A stretch of 59,056 nt of DNA, the filler included, from Sphacelaria rigidula (lineage: Eukaryota): assembly GCA_964200075.2 (NCBI GenBank). It is 10 parts of 10 records of this genome, joined end to end, with 100 filler letters (N's around TTAATTAATTAA, not from the genome) between each part and the next. Parts side by side here need not be neighbours in the genome. Positions count along the whole stretch, not along the records: positions 35,497 to 41,311 come from CAXNAA020024244.1; positions 41,412 to 47,226 come from CAXNAA020024245.1; positions 47,327 to 53,141 come from CAXNAA020024246.1; 7 more parts are not named here. One strand, written 5' to 3'. Shown one piece after another: positions 37,239 through 49,775 of this stretch. Made by a program: the position numbers and the translations under genes. The notes beneath the pieces are model-generated. The model had not been told where the DNA came from. It searched no databases and worked only from the letters and a program-made list of their open reading frames with translations. Numbering within the stretch: position 1 is the first letter of the stretch; each line of letters starts with the position of its first letter.

Positions 37239-37540
37239 TGTACTCATGATCTTGCGTGCAATGGCCGCATGACTATTGACCTCGCATCCCTACAAAGTCG
37301 GGACAAAGCACACGGGGTTTTCGCCAGATCAAGTTCGCAATCGATCACGAATCGCGAAGCTCCGTTATGTGTCCGGCGAGTCGCATGAAGCGCAAGCTGC
37401 ATCCTGCCAAGATTATTTGGCCCGAAGCGCACTAACTATCTTGAATTTGGACGACAGCTCCCAATGAGTTGCTTCATTTTCTGGTATCGCCACTTCCAGA
37501 GACAGCCACGGCTTACACACTACCTAATGGGTGTCTCGCC
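37239..37540 (-). mobile_element. Second full-length SINE-like copy, intronic
   Basis: Colinear with 17922-18220 with the same 5' start; ends ATGAGTACA plus C-run; no TSD visible. Confidence 0.8.
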
Positions 37541-38065
37541 ATGTAAATATTACGTAGTATGATCATCTCCTTCGCGCAGAATTGTGGTTCTCCCACCCCG
37601 CACGATATGATCTAGCTCGACCACCACCATGGCTACCGCAAAAAAAAGCGCAAAAATAATAGCAACCTAGTAGCCTAGCTTACACAGTGAGTAGCATGTT
37701 TTACAGTGCCAGTGCCAACCGACGCTAATCCCACAGGGGGCGATCCGTCCCTACGAAGACGGGACGGCGCACGCCGGGTTCTCGGCGGACCAGGCTGAGG
37801 AGGAGAGGGAGGGGGGGGGGGGGGGGGGGGGCAAAAAAAACCCCCCGATCAGCTCGGGGGGGAGGGGAAAGCGAACAACCAATAAAAAACAGCAGCTGCA
37901 ACAACAGCAACCATCGACAAAACACCGCCAACACCAACAACAACCAAAAATCACAATCGGCAGCGACAACAGCAGCAGCACGAACACACCCGAACAAACG
38001 AAGAGCCACCTTGAAAACAATATGGTCCCCAGCTCACTGAACAGCTCGATCAACTTGGTACTCAC

Positions 38066-38220
38066 CGCCTGCCACTTCCTCCACCCCCACCCCCGCCGGT
38101 GCTATGCCGCTCTCGAACCCGATCGGGACTACGCGAAAGCGATCGCTCCCGGCTCTCCGGGACGGTCGGGTTGAGATCTTGGCTTACACGCGACATGAAC
38201 GACTTCAGGGTGCCAAAGGC
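38066..38220 (-). CDS. VPS50: VPS50-like exon
   Basis: cgcgtag acceptor, GTGAGT donor; AFGTLKSFMSRVSQDL resembles the VPS50 helix RLRTTLNRIQESL. Confidence 0.6.
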
Positions 38221-38370
38221 CTACGCGTAGACATCAGCAAGTGAACCGAGCGGAGATAGGTAAAATACGTACACAGGAGCGGTGAAGATACACACAAGAT
38301 AGGTAAAATACAGATGCTGCGGATCAACAGTGGGCGACGGCGGTGTCTGGGGGTCTGGGGGGGGGTGCGG

Positions 38371-38497
38371 GGTACTCATGATCATGCATGCCATGATCAT
38401 AACACCATTGACCTCACATCCCTAAAAAGCCGGGACGGAGCACGCCGGGTTTTCGCCCGACCAGGCTCGCACTCAGTTACCAAGCGCGAAGCGCCGT
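38371..38497 (-). repeat. 5'-truncated SINE-like copy with C-rich sequence on both sides
   Basis: Matches 17922-18058; G-rich flanks on the + strand at 38357-38371 and 38498-38521. Confidence 0.8.
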
Positions 38498-39317
38498 GGG
38501 GGGCGGGAAAGGGGAAGGGGGATGCAGAAAACTGCAGTCTTAAAAGCGTTAGTTGTTACACCGTGAGAAAACGAGTCGTGGAAAGAATGGTGCATCGCCA
38601 CTTGCGCCTTCCCACTTTGAGGAGATTGGAATGACGGAGGGGAAATGTAGCCGACAAGAAAAGACCTTGCATATTGAAAAGCAATCTCTCTGATCCACGA
38701 CTCTCCTATATACAACTCACTTCTCTCTGTCATATGTTTTCGCCATACTCTCGCCAGAGAATGACCCTATTTCCTTGGGACTAGTCCATACTCTCCAAAG
38801 ACCACAACCCACATCTCCCCCCGGTGTGCGCCCGACATTTTGGCGTCGATAGTGGATCGGCACTCCGGCACCGCGTCGACCGTCGCCCAGTCGAGTATTA
38901 TTTTGCTACTATGCGCACTCCCTTACGCCTTCAACGGCGAGAACTCGATACATTTCTCGCTTGCCCGAATAACTACGTAGGCTGCCCGACTTTCCAGCTA
39001 CTTCGGTGATCGAGGAACGCAACCCTCCCGCGGTTTGGACTACAAGTACAACATTGCCGGCGCCTATCACTGCCAAACTGTATCGTGCACCTCCTGCTCC
39101 TCAGGCGGCGGCACCAGTTCTTCATCGCCAAATCCATACAGAGCTGGAGGTCAGTCCACAGAGAATGACGATCACGTGCGGGCCGAGGGGAAGGGGTAGG
39201 CGAGGTAAGGCGATCTCAGCTTCTCCAAAAATACTGGAGATTATGACTTTTCTTCCGACAGGATCGGAGTTGATGAATGTATGCGTCATGGCCTCGAACA
39301 CACCCCGAGTGCTGCAC

Positions 39318-39370
39318 CCTCCCTCCCTCAGGGGACAAGGGGCCGATAAGTTTGAGAGCACCAAAACGAG
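39318..39370 (-). CDS. VPS50: Candidate 53-nt VPS50-like exon
   Basis: caccctcag acceptor, GTGCAG donor; supplies the phase 1 to phase 0 change needed between flanking exons. Confidence 0.4.
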
Positions 39371-39547
39371 CTGAGGGTGAAAACCGAAGACTTGTGGGGG
39401 GGGGGGGGGGGGGGGGGGGGATCGTATGGGAGGAGGGGTTGGGGGAAAGGGGGCAAGATTTACGATTCAAACAGAAAAGCGTGTTTTTNNNNNNNNNNGG
39501 GAAGGGGGGGCATATGAGGGGAGAGAACAAAGGAGGGGGGGGGGGAA

Positions 39548-39579
<32 letters not shown>

Positions 39580-39898
39580 AGGTGGCTGATCGTATCGTAG
39601 TAGAGGTTGTGGGAAAGAGGGCATGATTTACGATTCACACATGAGATCGTTGTTTTTGAGGTGTATAGGAATCGAAACACGACATACCTTGAGCAGGGAA
39701 AGTATCGAGAAAGAAAAATAGCAAAGGCCATCAGGCAAAGGCCACCACAGTAAAGAAACCTCAAAATTCTCGACCGTTACTGATACTTCACTCTGTAGCA
39801 GCGTAAAATGCACTATAGTGACCACGGGTTCGCGAGATCGGACTAATGTGCGGAAATAATAATAAAATCGTAATAAAAGCCGCAGCGCCTGCCTCCTT

Positions 39899-40028
39899 CG
39901 GTCTTATGACTATGGCATGCATGATCATGAGTACACCCCCCCCCCCCTGTTAGGGTCAATGGTCAAACGACTAAGGCAAGCAACAAATGAGTACGCCCCC
40001 CCCCCTCCCCCTCCCCCCCCCTGTAGGG
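39899..40028 (+). mobile_element. Stacked very short SINE and LINE 3' ends in a C-run, with TSD
   Basis: SINE end (39899-39935), C12-TGTTAGGG, LINE end (39956-39995), C-run-TGTAGGG. Confidence 0.8.
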
Positions 40029-40163
40029 AACGAAGCAAGCAGATGATCAAGAAGTGGGAGCGGGAGGAAGGTTCTGTAGTCGAAACGAGGCATGTAAAAA
40101 ATATTTCCTCAACACACGCATACGCATACCATTCCAGCAAACTCTGCTGCACAAATAGCTTAC

Positions 40164-40351
40164 CATCGATGGTCCACTGCGGACAGAAGAGGGTAAACGC
40201 ACAGTACATGTACATGTCCACCAGCTGCCGTAGGCCCTCGAAGGCAGAGGGTGCCGCAGGGCGCACCAGCGCCATGATCTGCAGTGCGTGACCCGCATAT
40301 CGTGCTACGCCGTTCAGTGCCGCCTGTGTCACCACCCACCCAGAGCCATAT
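40164..40351 (-). CDS. VPS50: VPS50/syndetin-like exon (EARP complex subunit), first visible
   Basis: VVTQAALNGVARYAGHALQIMALVRPAAPSAFEGLRQLVDMYMYCAFTLF resembles VPS50 [49 protein letters not shown] (recalled, not searched); GTAAGC donor. Confidence 0.72.
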
Positions 40352-40575
40352 CTTTGTGCCGCCGTACATACGAAAAGAGGGGGGGGGGGGACAGAGGGTA
40401 CACCTTCGACATTTATTCAGTAGAGTACATTACATAACTGCAGATAAGTATACAGTAGCCATAGCATGAACAGTTGACACGTGTCATTGTGATGTACTCA
40501 GGCGTCAAAACAAGTGCAGACATGTGGGTGACTTTCAACAAGACTTTTTCATCAACTTAGTAGCAGTTGCGTGGC

Positions 40576-40577
<2 letters not shown>

Positions 40578-40615
<38 letters not shown>
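40578..40615. repeat. (GT)n microsatellite
   Basis: Perfect dinucleotide run. Confidence 0.95.
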
Positions 40616-40617
<2 letters not shown>

Positions 40618-41484
40618 GGGGACAGAAACAAAAAACAAAAAAGCATTTCGTGTTATCTGCGGTCACATAAGATATGTTTACTAGAGACCCATGCTTTTAC
40701 AACGTCACCCGAACACGGTCAAGCATCTGATGACATTGTTCGTGGTTGAGTGGGTCATTCCCATGCTCCGCGAATACCTTCGCAACTGACGGGTTTGCAC
40801 ATGATGCTATAACCAACCCGGAGGAAGAAAACGGCCGTCCACAAAGGCAACCAAATAATGTACGTCACCCACAAAGCACCCTCTCACGCCACCCACACAA
40901 GCACATCACCGGTAACGCGCACGTCAGCTGAACACCACTTGAAAACACACAACCACGCACACACACCGCGTTTCAAGACACCGTGTTCGGTGACCAAGCC
41001 GAAGGCCAAATTTTCACCACACAAGGAAAATCCAGTCGGAGCACAACGAGGACCAGCCCAACCCCGACGTGCCGGGGGATAAAAACAGCAACACTGGAAC
41101 ATGACCACAAACCAGACCACACAACCACACAGCCACGCAACCACCCACCCGCGCACTACTTACTAGAGTAGGTCGGCGTGTACACTGCTCGAAGGGACAG
41201 GGGTTTTTATTGGGGCGGACCCGCACATTGCCTTGAGCAAAGAAGTGATGCTACGGTAGGGGTACAGAAATATTTTCCGAGATTCGAATTGTTAGGAGCC
41301 CCTTATCTCATNNNNNNNNNNNNNNNNNNNNNNNNNNNNNNNNNNNNNNNNNNNNTTAATTAATTAANNNNNNNNNNNNNNNNNNNNNNNNNNNNNNNNN
41401 NNNNNNNNNNNCTTCCCACCTCTAGCCTACAGACATCACAATACGATGGATTTGCCCGCGAGTCCCCCCCCCCCCCCCCGCGCG

Positions 41485-41517
41485 CTTATGACTATGGCAT
41501 GCATGATTATGAGTACA
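41485..41517 (+). repeat. 33-nt SINE 3' end between C-runs
   Basis: C16-GCGCG-CTTATGACTATGGCATGCATGATTATGAGTACA-G-C7. Confidence 0.7.
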
Positions 41518-44322
41518 GCCCCCCCTCGCCGAACGAATGGTGAGCTACAATTGGGTCGCCGCTATGTGAATGCGATGGAGGTTGGGCTCGCTCTCCCACC
41601 GAGCAAGGTGATGGTGCCCAAGGGCTCGCTGGGGCCAATCTTTTTCCCCTGAGGAAGGGGCGAAACACGGCCACTTCGGGGCCGACTGATTTTTTTGCGG
41701 CCGTTCGATCGCGTCGTTCAACAGCGAGCTGGAAAGAAAAAAATATGCTTCTAACTAAAAAAACAGCGGAGAGCTCGAAAACAAAATAAAAAATCTGATC
41801 GGACACGGGTAAGGGCTCGTACAAACATAACCGACGGGATTTATGGGACAGAGGAAGTATGCCTGTAGTCGAGGGCACTGTATATTCTTATTGTTGGCGA
41901 GGAAAAAGAAGCTACCGTGCCGTACCTCCGAGAAAGGATGCAAATTGCTAGCTGCGGATCCCCTTTGTCACGTGTGACACGAGAAAGAGGTGGCGAAACT
42001 ACTGTACACATCGACGAGTGTCATTACATGATATTGAATTTCCGACCGCAACGCGATCCGTCTGTGATCTATTGGTGAGCCTTGTCCCTGTGGATCGAGC
42101 GCCAACAGCGTTACTGCGTTCGAATGGTTAATTTTCCACCGCGCATGAAACTCTGTGCAACAATCCGTGCGTTCACGGCTCCACTCACGTACGATACGCT
42201 GAGAAACACTACATTCAAACACCACCATATGTCAATCGCTCCGTCGGACAGCATACTTTTAGTTTTTTTTCACAAAAGCGTATCGAAGATTCGTTTTGAA
42301 AATCGAAATTTCGACTGCAGGGTTTCAAAGCTTAGAGCCAGGGTGCAAGTTTTGAACGTTCAACTTTGAACCTTTATCGTGAAGATTGGACCTCTACATC
42401 GGCAGTTTTTTTTTTTTAGCTCACAGAAGTTTACATTGGCGAAGGTCGGCTCTCAAAGTGAAGGTTCGCTTTCGGAAGCAAAAATCAACGTGAACATTTA
42501 GCTTGGATCTACCGTTGAATACTCGACTCGAAACCGGAAATGTCTTATCAAAGTCCCGCGTTCGTATAAAGCATTCAACTCGAAGTCGGTGTTCAGCGTG
42601 CCAGAGACAAATCGAAGCAGGCATGGTTTTTACTTGACAGTCTCTACCGCGCGCATTGCCTTTGCTGCACGCTGCAATCTAGTGCCACCTGCGTAGACTG
42701 CCAGTGGCCACTACGCTTGGCACCTTCATTCTCGACCGATAGCTAGCCACAGCTCAAACCCTACCTCCAACGCATTCTAGGTGTTCCTTATTACGATCAG
42801 GGTTCGAGTCAGCGAAACGTCAGTGTTCTTGAAGGTATTTTGAAAATCGGTATGTTGGCTCCACTATCGGCTAGGTGCTGTGGCTATCTTGTTAGCTAGC
42901 CCCACTATCCAACGTGCTCTTGGGGTCCTTCGGCGGGGAATGGGTCAGGGGTAGCTCTAAAATTAGCGAAAAAAAGCATCCCCCGATAATTTTCAACGTT
43001 CAAGAGTACTGAATTCGACGGTGCATCTAACGTTGTCGGGGAGCACGTTGAACACTGACAGCTACGTGGTGAACGCATTGCCACCTCACGCCGTTTAGGT
43101 TTAGGATGGTACCGAACTTTCACCGTCAAAGGTTCTTATCATGAACTTACAATTTCCGACTGGAACCTTCGGCTTGCAGTGTGAGGTCCAACCTGAGCCT
43201 TCTTCTGTAAGCGTAGTGCACGTTCGAAAAATGATATGGTATCGCAATGGTAACTCTGGCCACCAGTTGCTATAAACGAGCGTCAACATCACGCTACACG
43301 GTCTGCTCAAATCTTGCGGGTGAGCCCTCGCAATGAATCTGAATCTTCGGGCGAAGTGTTGATGTTAGTATTTAAACACCCAGGATCATTTAAAAAGATT
43401 CTCTCAAAAATCTAAATCCCCGGACCTTGTGCGTTGAGGTTTCCCATGAAAATCCGACTTCAAAGACGAATGTTTTATTTTCCTCCAGTCTTCATGCGTG
43501 ATACTGTAATGGCAAACACTCGAGGATTTACTTTGCTATGATGTACCTCTCCTGTGGAAGTTGTTCTTGACTTGCCCATGTTCACGTACTTGTCTTAGGC
43601 GGTGTTATGTATACACACAGCAGCGACTCGTTGGCAGGGAAAGCTCACTGCACGCGAGGGTCGAAACCGACCGATTGGCTTGTCACGAGGCAACACACCG
43701 GCTAAGAACACATGTAGATGATGCCTGTGAATGTAGCGCATGTCCTTGTCAGCATCGCCTTACTCGCACATGGTTGTGCTGCTGTCGGACTCCCTGTCTC
43801 GCCGTGCGTGGTGGGTACACTCCGCTGCTGATTGAAACCACGGGGTACCTCAGGACGCTAGTAAAGACGTCGTCAGATCGCGATCGATTCGATAGCGCCG
43901 CGCTGATAGCGGACATGAAGTTGTGGCCTGCCGCGAAGGAATTTTCTAAACAACCACGACTTGCGTTCTCTCGTAGCCAACAGCTGCAAAAAATCGTTTC
44001 TCGATACACGTTAATTTTCCGTGTCTCGGCGCACGTAGAAGGCGCGGAGGAAGCAAGGAGTACGTCAGAAAGCCATTGAAGTCGCGGTCAGATGGCGGTC
44101 GATTCGGTGATGCTGTGTTGCATAGCGGTCGTAGGTTTCTCTAGGCAGCGACAGGCACAGATACACAGAACGGGGAGCTTTTATCAACCCCTTTGATGCA
44201 TAGTGTTTTATACCTTCAGTGTTTTCATCATGATCGGGAATATAAACATCATTTCGCCCGGTTTTACCCCTTCACTACACACACGGCTACATCGGCGTAG
44301 AGACGGTGCTGCCCGCTCTTGT

Positions 44323-44652
44323 TCACCTCTCGCTCAATATTCCCGCTTCTCCTGGAAACCACCCGCAATCTAACCTATGCCCCACAGAACCATCCCCGTC
44401 GCTACTGGCCCACCCCTTGAAGCACACACACTCGCCGACTGCAGGATCACAGTGACCATGCCCCGAGCACTCTATGTCCAGCTTTGTGCCCTCTATATCT
44501 TCTGTTACTTGTACCACAACGCCTGATTCAGTTACCATAGAGAGGAGGGGGATATTGCCAAGCTCTGTTTTGAATAAGATCGACGCCGGCGGGCTCCCGG
44601 ATGCACTGCAAAGTAGTGCCGTGGATGCGTCTTCTTCTCCCCACATGGTTAC
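44323..44652 (-). CDS. EGF-like/tenascin-type protein, terminal exon
   Basis: ECSGHGHCDPAVGECVCFKGWASSDG..RLDCG EGF module; ctcgcag acceptor; TGA stop. Confidence 0.85.
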   Translation of the reverse strand, partial: VTMWGEEDASTALLCSASGSPPASILFKTELGNIPLLSMVTESGVVVQVTEDIEGTKLDIECSGHGHCDPAVGECVCFKGWASSDGDGSVGHRLDCGWFPGEAGILSER

Positions 44653-45257
44653 CTGCGAGGAGCGCGGCAGGCATATGATATGGGGGGCAAGTCTCGACAA
44701 CGAAGCTGGATGATATTTCCACGAAAAATACCAGCCGAAGAACATTTCTGAACCTGAGATTAAAGTGTGAATGGGGTGCATGAAATGATGTGTGTCGTGT
44801 ACTGTAGCTGGAGAAAACTGTTTGACACCCACGCATATCGCCGACAAAGGTGAGTAGTTGGATAACGGTCATCATCCACGTCAGCCATATTTTCTGTACA
44901 CAGCCATACAGACAAAATCGCCGTGCAGATGTGCTACCTGGTGATTATGTCAGCGTAGTTTTCGACGACAATTGACAGGAGATGCTATTTTATCTAAAAG
45001 CAATCCAAGCAACCCGTGCGACAACCAACTGAAGGGGTGGAAAATGCGCTTGATACATGCAGACAAATCTTGTGGGTCATAAGTGATGGTAAACTGTGGA
45101 GCTTTGAATGCCATCACACTGCCCGTACAACTCTGGGCGCAATGCCACCCCCCGGCGGTCCACGCAGTCGTCAACGGTCACGGCTAGGCGGCATTTTGTA
45201 TCTCTGTGGCTGAACGCAGTGCAAGCCATGAAGGAAATGGCCGCGTTGTCACGATAC

Positions 45258-45444
45258 CTCGACGTCCCCAATCGTGGCCATGCTCTCCAAGGCTTCCTCA
45301 AACTCCAACAGTGAAGCGTTTCCGGAAATGAGGTCAGTGGTTCCCTGCCTGAAAGCCATCGAAAAGGACGAATCCTCCGCGCTACCGATCAGCGTACAAC
45401 TGACGTTCTGGAGCTCGAACATGGTGGTGTTAAACTGAGCCAGC
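45258..45444 (-). CDS. EGF-like protein exon
   Basis: FELQNVSC..FSMAFRQGTTDLISGNASLLEFEEALESMATIGDVE; acgcag acceptor, GTATCG donor; phases consistent. Confidence 0.82.
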
Positions 45445-45880
45445 CTGCGTTTCAGACGTAAAGAAGAGCGGGGGGGGGGCGACATTATGCAAATAACCTC
45501 CGTGATGTATCCGCTCAACGTGTAGCTGCGACACAACGACAGGGAGTACGGCGCAATTTTGACACTTCGACGAGAAAGGCGCGCTTTGGATCTGCACAGG
45601 CATAACGATAAAGGTGCAGCTCTGCCATGCAATCACGAAATCATCTTGTCTCCTGTCTTCGGCCCACTGCAGCGTGGTGTTCGTTCACGTCCGGAGAATG
45701 TTTGCTGAACCGGATGCACGTCTGTTCGACGCAAAAGAGTATCACGGGGTAGCGCGATACGCATAGTTGTCTCTCACATTTTGCGACGTGCTAACCAACT
45801 AACCCCTATGGGAGACCTTCAAACTTTTGGTTCCAACGCCACGGATTACCAGCGACCTAGACGACAGTGTCTTTGCTTAC

Positions 45881-45975
45881 TTGCTGTCATCACCGGTCGG
45901 GCACGTTCTTTTGCTGCAGTCGTAGCTTGTCCAGTCCGACGCGTTAGTGTATGAAGGACCACCCCCTTGATACCC
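45881..45975 (-). CDS. EGF-like protein exon (95 nt; absent from the ORF track)
   Basis: GYQGGGPSYTNASDWTSYDCSKRTCPTGDDS; ttcttcag acceptor, GTAAGC donor. Confidence 0.85.
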
Positions 45976-46496
45976 CTGAAGAACAGTATAAAAATAAGCA
46001 AGTGCAGGTAATCACTTCTCGTAGCCGGAGTGTAAAGTACTCGAGGTTGCGCGTCAGAAACCTACCCCCACACGCGTGCGCGATGTACAGTAGCAGCAGT
46101 AACCCGTGTTCTGTACGCTAGAGCGCGACGGAGGAAACGTGAAACACCTTTGCGTGTGTTTGTATGGTGGCCTTGCTTCCCGGCGTTGCCACGGTGACGT
46201 ATAGCACACGGTAGCAGCAGCAACAACCGTCCCGTGCGCTGGAGCCGGGCGAAATGAAACGTGGAATGAAGTCAAAGGACTATTGATAGCGACGTTTTCA
46301 TTGCGATATATCGCTACGCACGATCCGCCGACACGTGGAGCTGGGCATAGAGTAGTCCTTTCAAACTACTCAGTAGTAGCTCCCGGCAGGTTCTGGGTCG
46401 CGCTTACAACCGAAAGTTAGAGGTCGATGTTCTTCGACGTGCAAGAGATACACAGTTGGGCAGACTTCGTGAATATGATCCCTACCACTTTCTTAC

Positions 46497-46673
46497 CATC
46501 CAATCACAGTAGCACCCGAAAACAGAGTCGGCGTCCCAAGTTGATATATTTCCAGCCGCGGACCCATAGACTACCGCACTGGGCACGAGATCCGTGTCTG
46601 TGGTCAGGAGCGCCAACTGCCGCATGGATAGACACTTGCCATTACCGGAGCAATCGTTCGGGCACTCCATGCG
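46497..46673 (-). CDS. EGF-like protein exon, mastigoneme/SIG-family-like motifs
   Basis: RMECPNDCSGNGKCLSMRQLA..TWDADSVFGCYCDW; aagcag acceptor, GTAAGA donor. Confidence 0.85.
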
Positions 46674-47040
46674 CTGCTTGTTAGGTTTAGTATATAGGTG
46701 ACGAAACAGGTGAAACAAGGAATGTGTGTTAAAATGCTCAAGGTGTTGTCCAATCAGGTGTACATACTTGTAGGAACCGTGTTTCGACAGCCATCAGTCT
46801 GGACACTGCTCTCCTTGGTATGGCGCAACGGTGGTGATCTGTCGGGAACTCTGAATGCAGCCGTACATCAACGTGATCGACGCCACCGTTCGCTCACCCT
46901 TGACTTTGAAACACAAGCCATTGTATTTTCGTCGCACGTTCACCCCCCCCCCTCACCTCTAGACTCTTGGGGTTGGCGTCGAGTGGCAACGGCGCTGTAA
47001 AACAAGCCACCAAAACCTAGACAAATGTACAGACTGTCAC

Positions 47041-47226
47041 GAAATAGAGAGGCTAACCCTCCTTTATATTTAACCTACCACAACACAGCCCGGACATAGA
47101 CATGGAGTAGAGAAGGTAACCCTCCTTATATTCAACCTACCATAACACAGCCCGGACATAGACAGGAAATAGAGAAGCTAACCCTCCTTTTTATCTACCC
47201 TACCATAACACAGCCCGGACATAGAC
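47041..47226. repeat. About 62-bp tandem repeat, 3 copies, running into the contig end
   Basis: Unit GAAATAGAGAAGCTAACCCTCCTTTATATTTAACCTACCATAACACAGCCCGGACATAGACA. Confidence 0.9.
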
Positions 47227-47326
47227 NNNNNNNNNNNNNNNNNNNNNNNNNNNNNNNNNNNNNNNNNNNNTTAATTAATTAANNNNNNNNNNNNNNNNNN
47301 NNNNNNNNNNNNNNNNNNNNNNNNNN

Positions 47327-47980
47327 CACTATATGACTTCTGCTCTCTATTGCTTTGCCACAGAGGCAGTTCTGTCCATCTACCTCCTCCTCCTTTCGAC
47401 GGCTGGTATATCTCTTTCTTCTTTCTGGCACGTCCAGGTCCCCCACCCGAAATCGCAGTTTCAATTTTCTCGCCGCGTCCATGGGACCATGCACATATGT
47501 TTTCATTCCGATCCCTTCTCTCAACCCCCCGTAAACCTCCAGGTGTTCTTCCTCGTCTACTTTGCGTCTAAGCGCTCCTTTTTCCCTTACTTCTATCAGG
47601 TCTCTTACTGTTGTCCTGTACCCCGCGCCTTCACCTATGGACAGTATTTCGTCTTGATTTCCTCCCATCTCCTTCCATACTTTCTCGACTTCTCTATCCC
47701 CCCTATAGCATGCCCTTCCGTACTATTCTTCCCTACAACCTTATCAACTACAACTGGTAATCTCCTTCTCTGCATGTTCTCTACGCTATATTGCCATCTT
47801 AATTTCCTTATGTCTCTGTTTGTTTCAAGTGAGTACATCCCCAACTCTGCTCTCAGTGCTGTATTACTCGTCGTTTTCGAGCATCCAAGTATCTTCTTAG
47901 CTGCTGTCATCTATACTGTCTCTAACTTCTTCACCAATTTCACGTTCCCCTCCCATACTTCTCCTACATATTCCAGCTTT
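47327..47980 (-). mobile_element. 5'-truncated LINE ORF2 fragment
   Basis: KLEYVGEVWEGN..LRAELGMYSLETNRD..HGPMDAARKLKLRFRVGDLD..CLCGKAIESRSHIV; same family as 18237-19751. Confidence 0.92.
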
Positions 47981-48498
47981 AAGGGGAAGGGGGGGGGGGG
48001 GTACAGGTATACAGAATGGCATAACCCCCCATGGAATCTCGAACATTTTTCACGTACAAGTTGCGGAATACTATGGAGCCAATTACTTTCCAATTTCAGG
48101 ATGACCTCCCGAAAAATCTCCAAAAAAGGATGGCATTGAACGACCGCTGCTCGCCACAACGAAGCGCGATGCGAATCTGACCGGAACCGACAAAATAGTA
48201 TTACGCTGCACACGACAGGTCCAGCGAACAGAGCGGACGTGTACACCTCCACGGCAGATCCTTCGAGAAGACGGATTTTTGGCTGGCACCAGTTGTACGC
48301 AGCAAGTAGATTTTGACTTGCGCGAGAAGGGTCCCGACGGACAGATTTGAAACGGTGAAAAGCAAGGAGGGATTTTACGAAGGGCCATTCGAACAATGGG
48401 CGTGTCAGTCACATGAGTACTTGACCGCGACGGCAGTGGTCGAAAATGTCATCATTTTCACTCATTTCATTTTTTACACCTTATTTTGGGTAGTTGCC

Positions 48499-48640
48499 CT
48501 GTGAGGACGGAAGGCGTCCGCATCAGATGCCTATCAATAGTACTACAGAGTACTGTGCAGATCTCGGGACGGTTTTTGATGTGAAGACAATAACAACAAC
48601 AGCAACAACAGCAACAGCAGCAACAACAACAACAACAACA
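48499..48640 (+). repeat. Retroposon 3' end with (AAC)n tail; second copy at 54006-54104
   Basis: ACGGAAGGCGTCCGCATCAGATGCCT..CAGAT.TCGGGACGGTTTTT.ATGTGAAGAC(AAC)n in both copies. Confidence 0.8.
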
Positions 48641-49775
48641 TTCTTTCCTGCCCTCTTCTTTTTTGTCTCTTTTACCCCTCCCCCCCCATTCTTCCATGTT
48701 ATTCCGATGGGGTTTTGTCTCTAGCCTCTGTTCATTTTACCATCTTTGTTCCATCTTTCTCCACGTTTTCCCCTTCTCGGGTTTCCCTTGTTGATTTTCA
48801 ACGTTATTGTTTGCTTCGGGCACGTCTACGTTGTGGATAATGACTACGGCGAGGCCCCTCGGGGATCACTTAATGTACAACGATCAATCACGTATGCACC
48901 GTCAGCACCTCAGCAACGCATTGAAAGGCGGGTGGGTATAATCAATCAACCAATCAGTCAACTATGCATGCATGTTACTTCTGTCACATGGGAGGTGTGC
49001 AGTCGGAAGAGAAACTTCAGTATGGTGGTAAGTTATATGACATACTGTGCTAGGAGAGGCGCAGGCTACGGAAAAAATAGAAGGCAGGCTCGCGAAAGGG
49101 CGCTGGCTGTCCACGATCTTGCCCTACACGCTTCCTCCCCTCCCTCCACCACAGTTTAGAAATCGTCCGAAAGCTTCGTTGGACACAGCGTAAATATACT
49201 CACAGGTGATTTGCGCAGGGAGTCAGAGATCCTCGTAATGATATTGCCATTTTTTTAGGTTGGAGTTGGAGTTGCGGTTAGTAGGGCTAATCATGCATGT
49301 GGCTTTGTATGTCTCAACCATTATTTTCGGCTGTTTCCTGCACACTTCGCTCTTATGATGTTGTTCGGGTCAGTGAGACGGCGAAATTTGGGGGGGACGT
49401 AAAACCCCCACCCGGGTGTCGATGCAAGACCAAGACTATCGACGCCCCTGGATGATGACCATGCTAGATAAGTTTGAGATTTTCGACGGACCTCCTACCG
49501 CCGTGTGTCACTTCCCGTCATGCACCGTCTGGGTCAGATTAATACTCCATCTATGGACACAGCGGCGCAGATGATTGGTTTACATTATCAATGCACAAAG
49601 CCCATGTTTACGTCCTACCAGCGTTCAGCTCAGATTTTTCGGCGAATTATGATCTGGCTTTGCGTTGTATAACCTTGACCCAGTGGCGGTTTTAGAAAAT
49701 ACGCTCGAGCGAGACGCCCACCCGCGGTCTTTTATGTACTGTTCTCTGTATATATACATGTAAACCACCGGTTAA

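Noticed and set aside
38820..39310. Possible decayed gag-like fragment in a VPS50 intron
   Set aside because: Only vague compositional resemblance; no diagnostic motif
39421..39658. Apparent diverged duplications around 10-N gaps (39421-39488 vs 39589-39658; also 2861-2935 vs 3021-3097 and 35790-35846 vs 35910-35965)
   Set aside because: One copy of each pair follows a long G/C homopolymer, is error-laden and abuts a gap, which is typical of read decay and gap filling rather than biology
43749..44009. Possible first exon of another minus-strand gene
   Set aside because: An ATG and a GTAAGG donor exist, but there is no homology cue and no downstream exon was found
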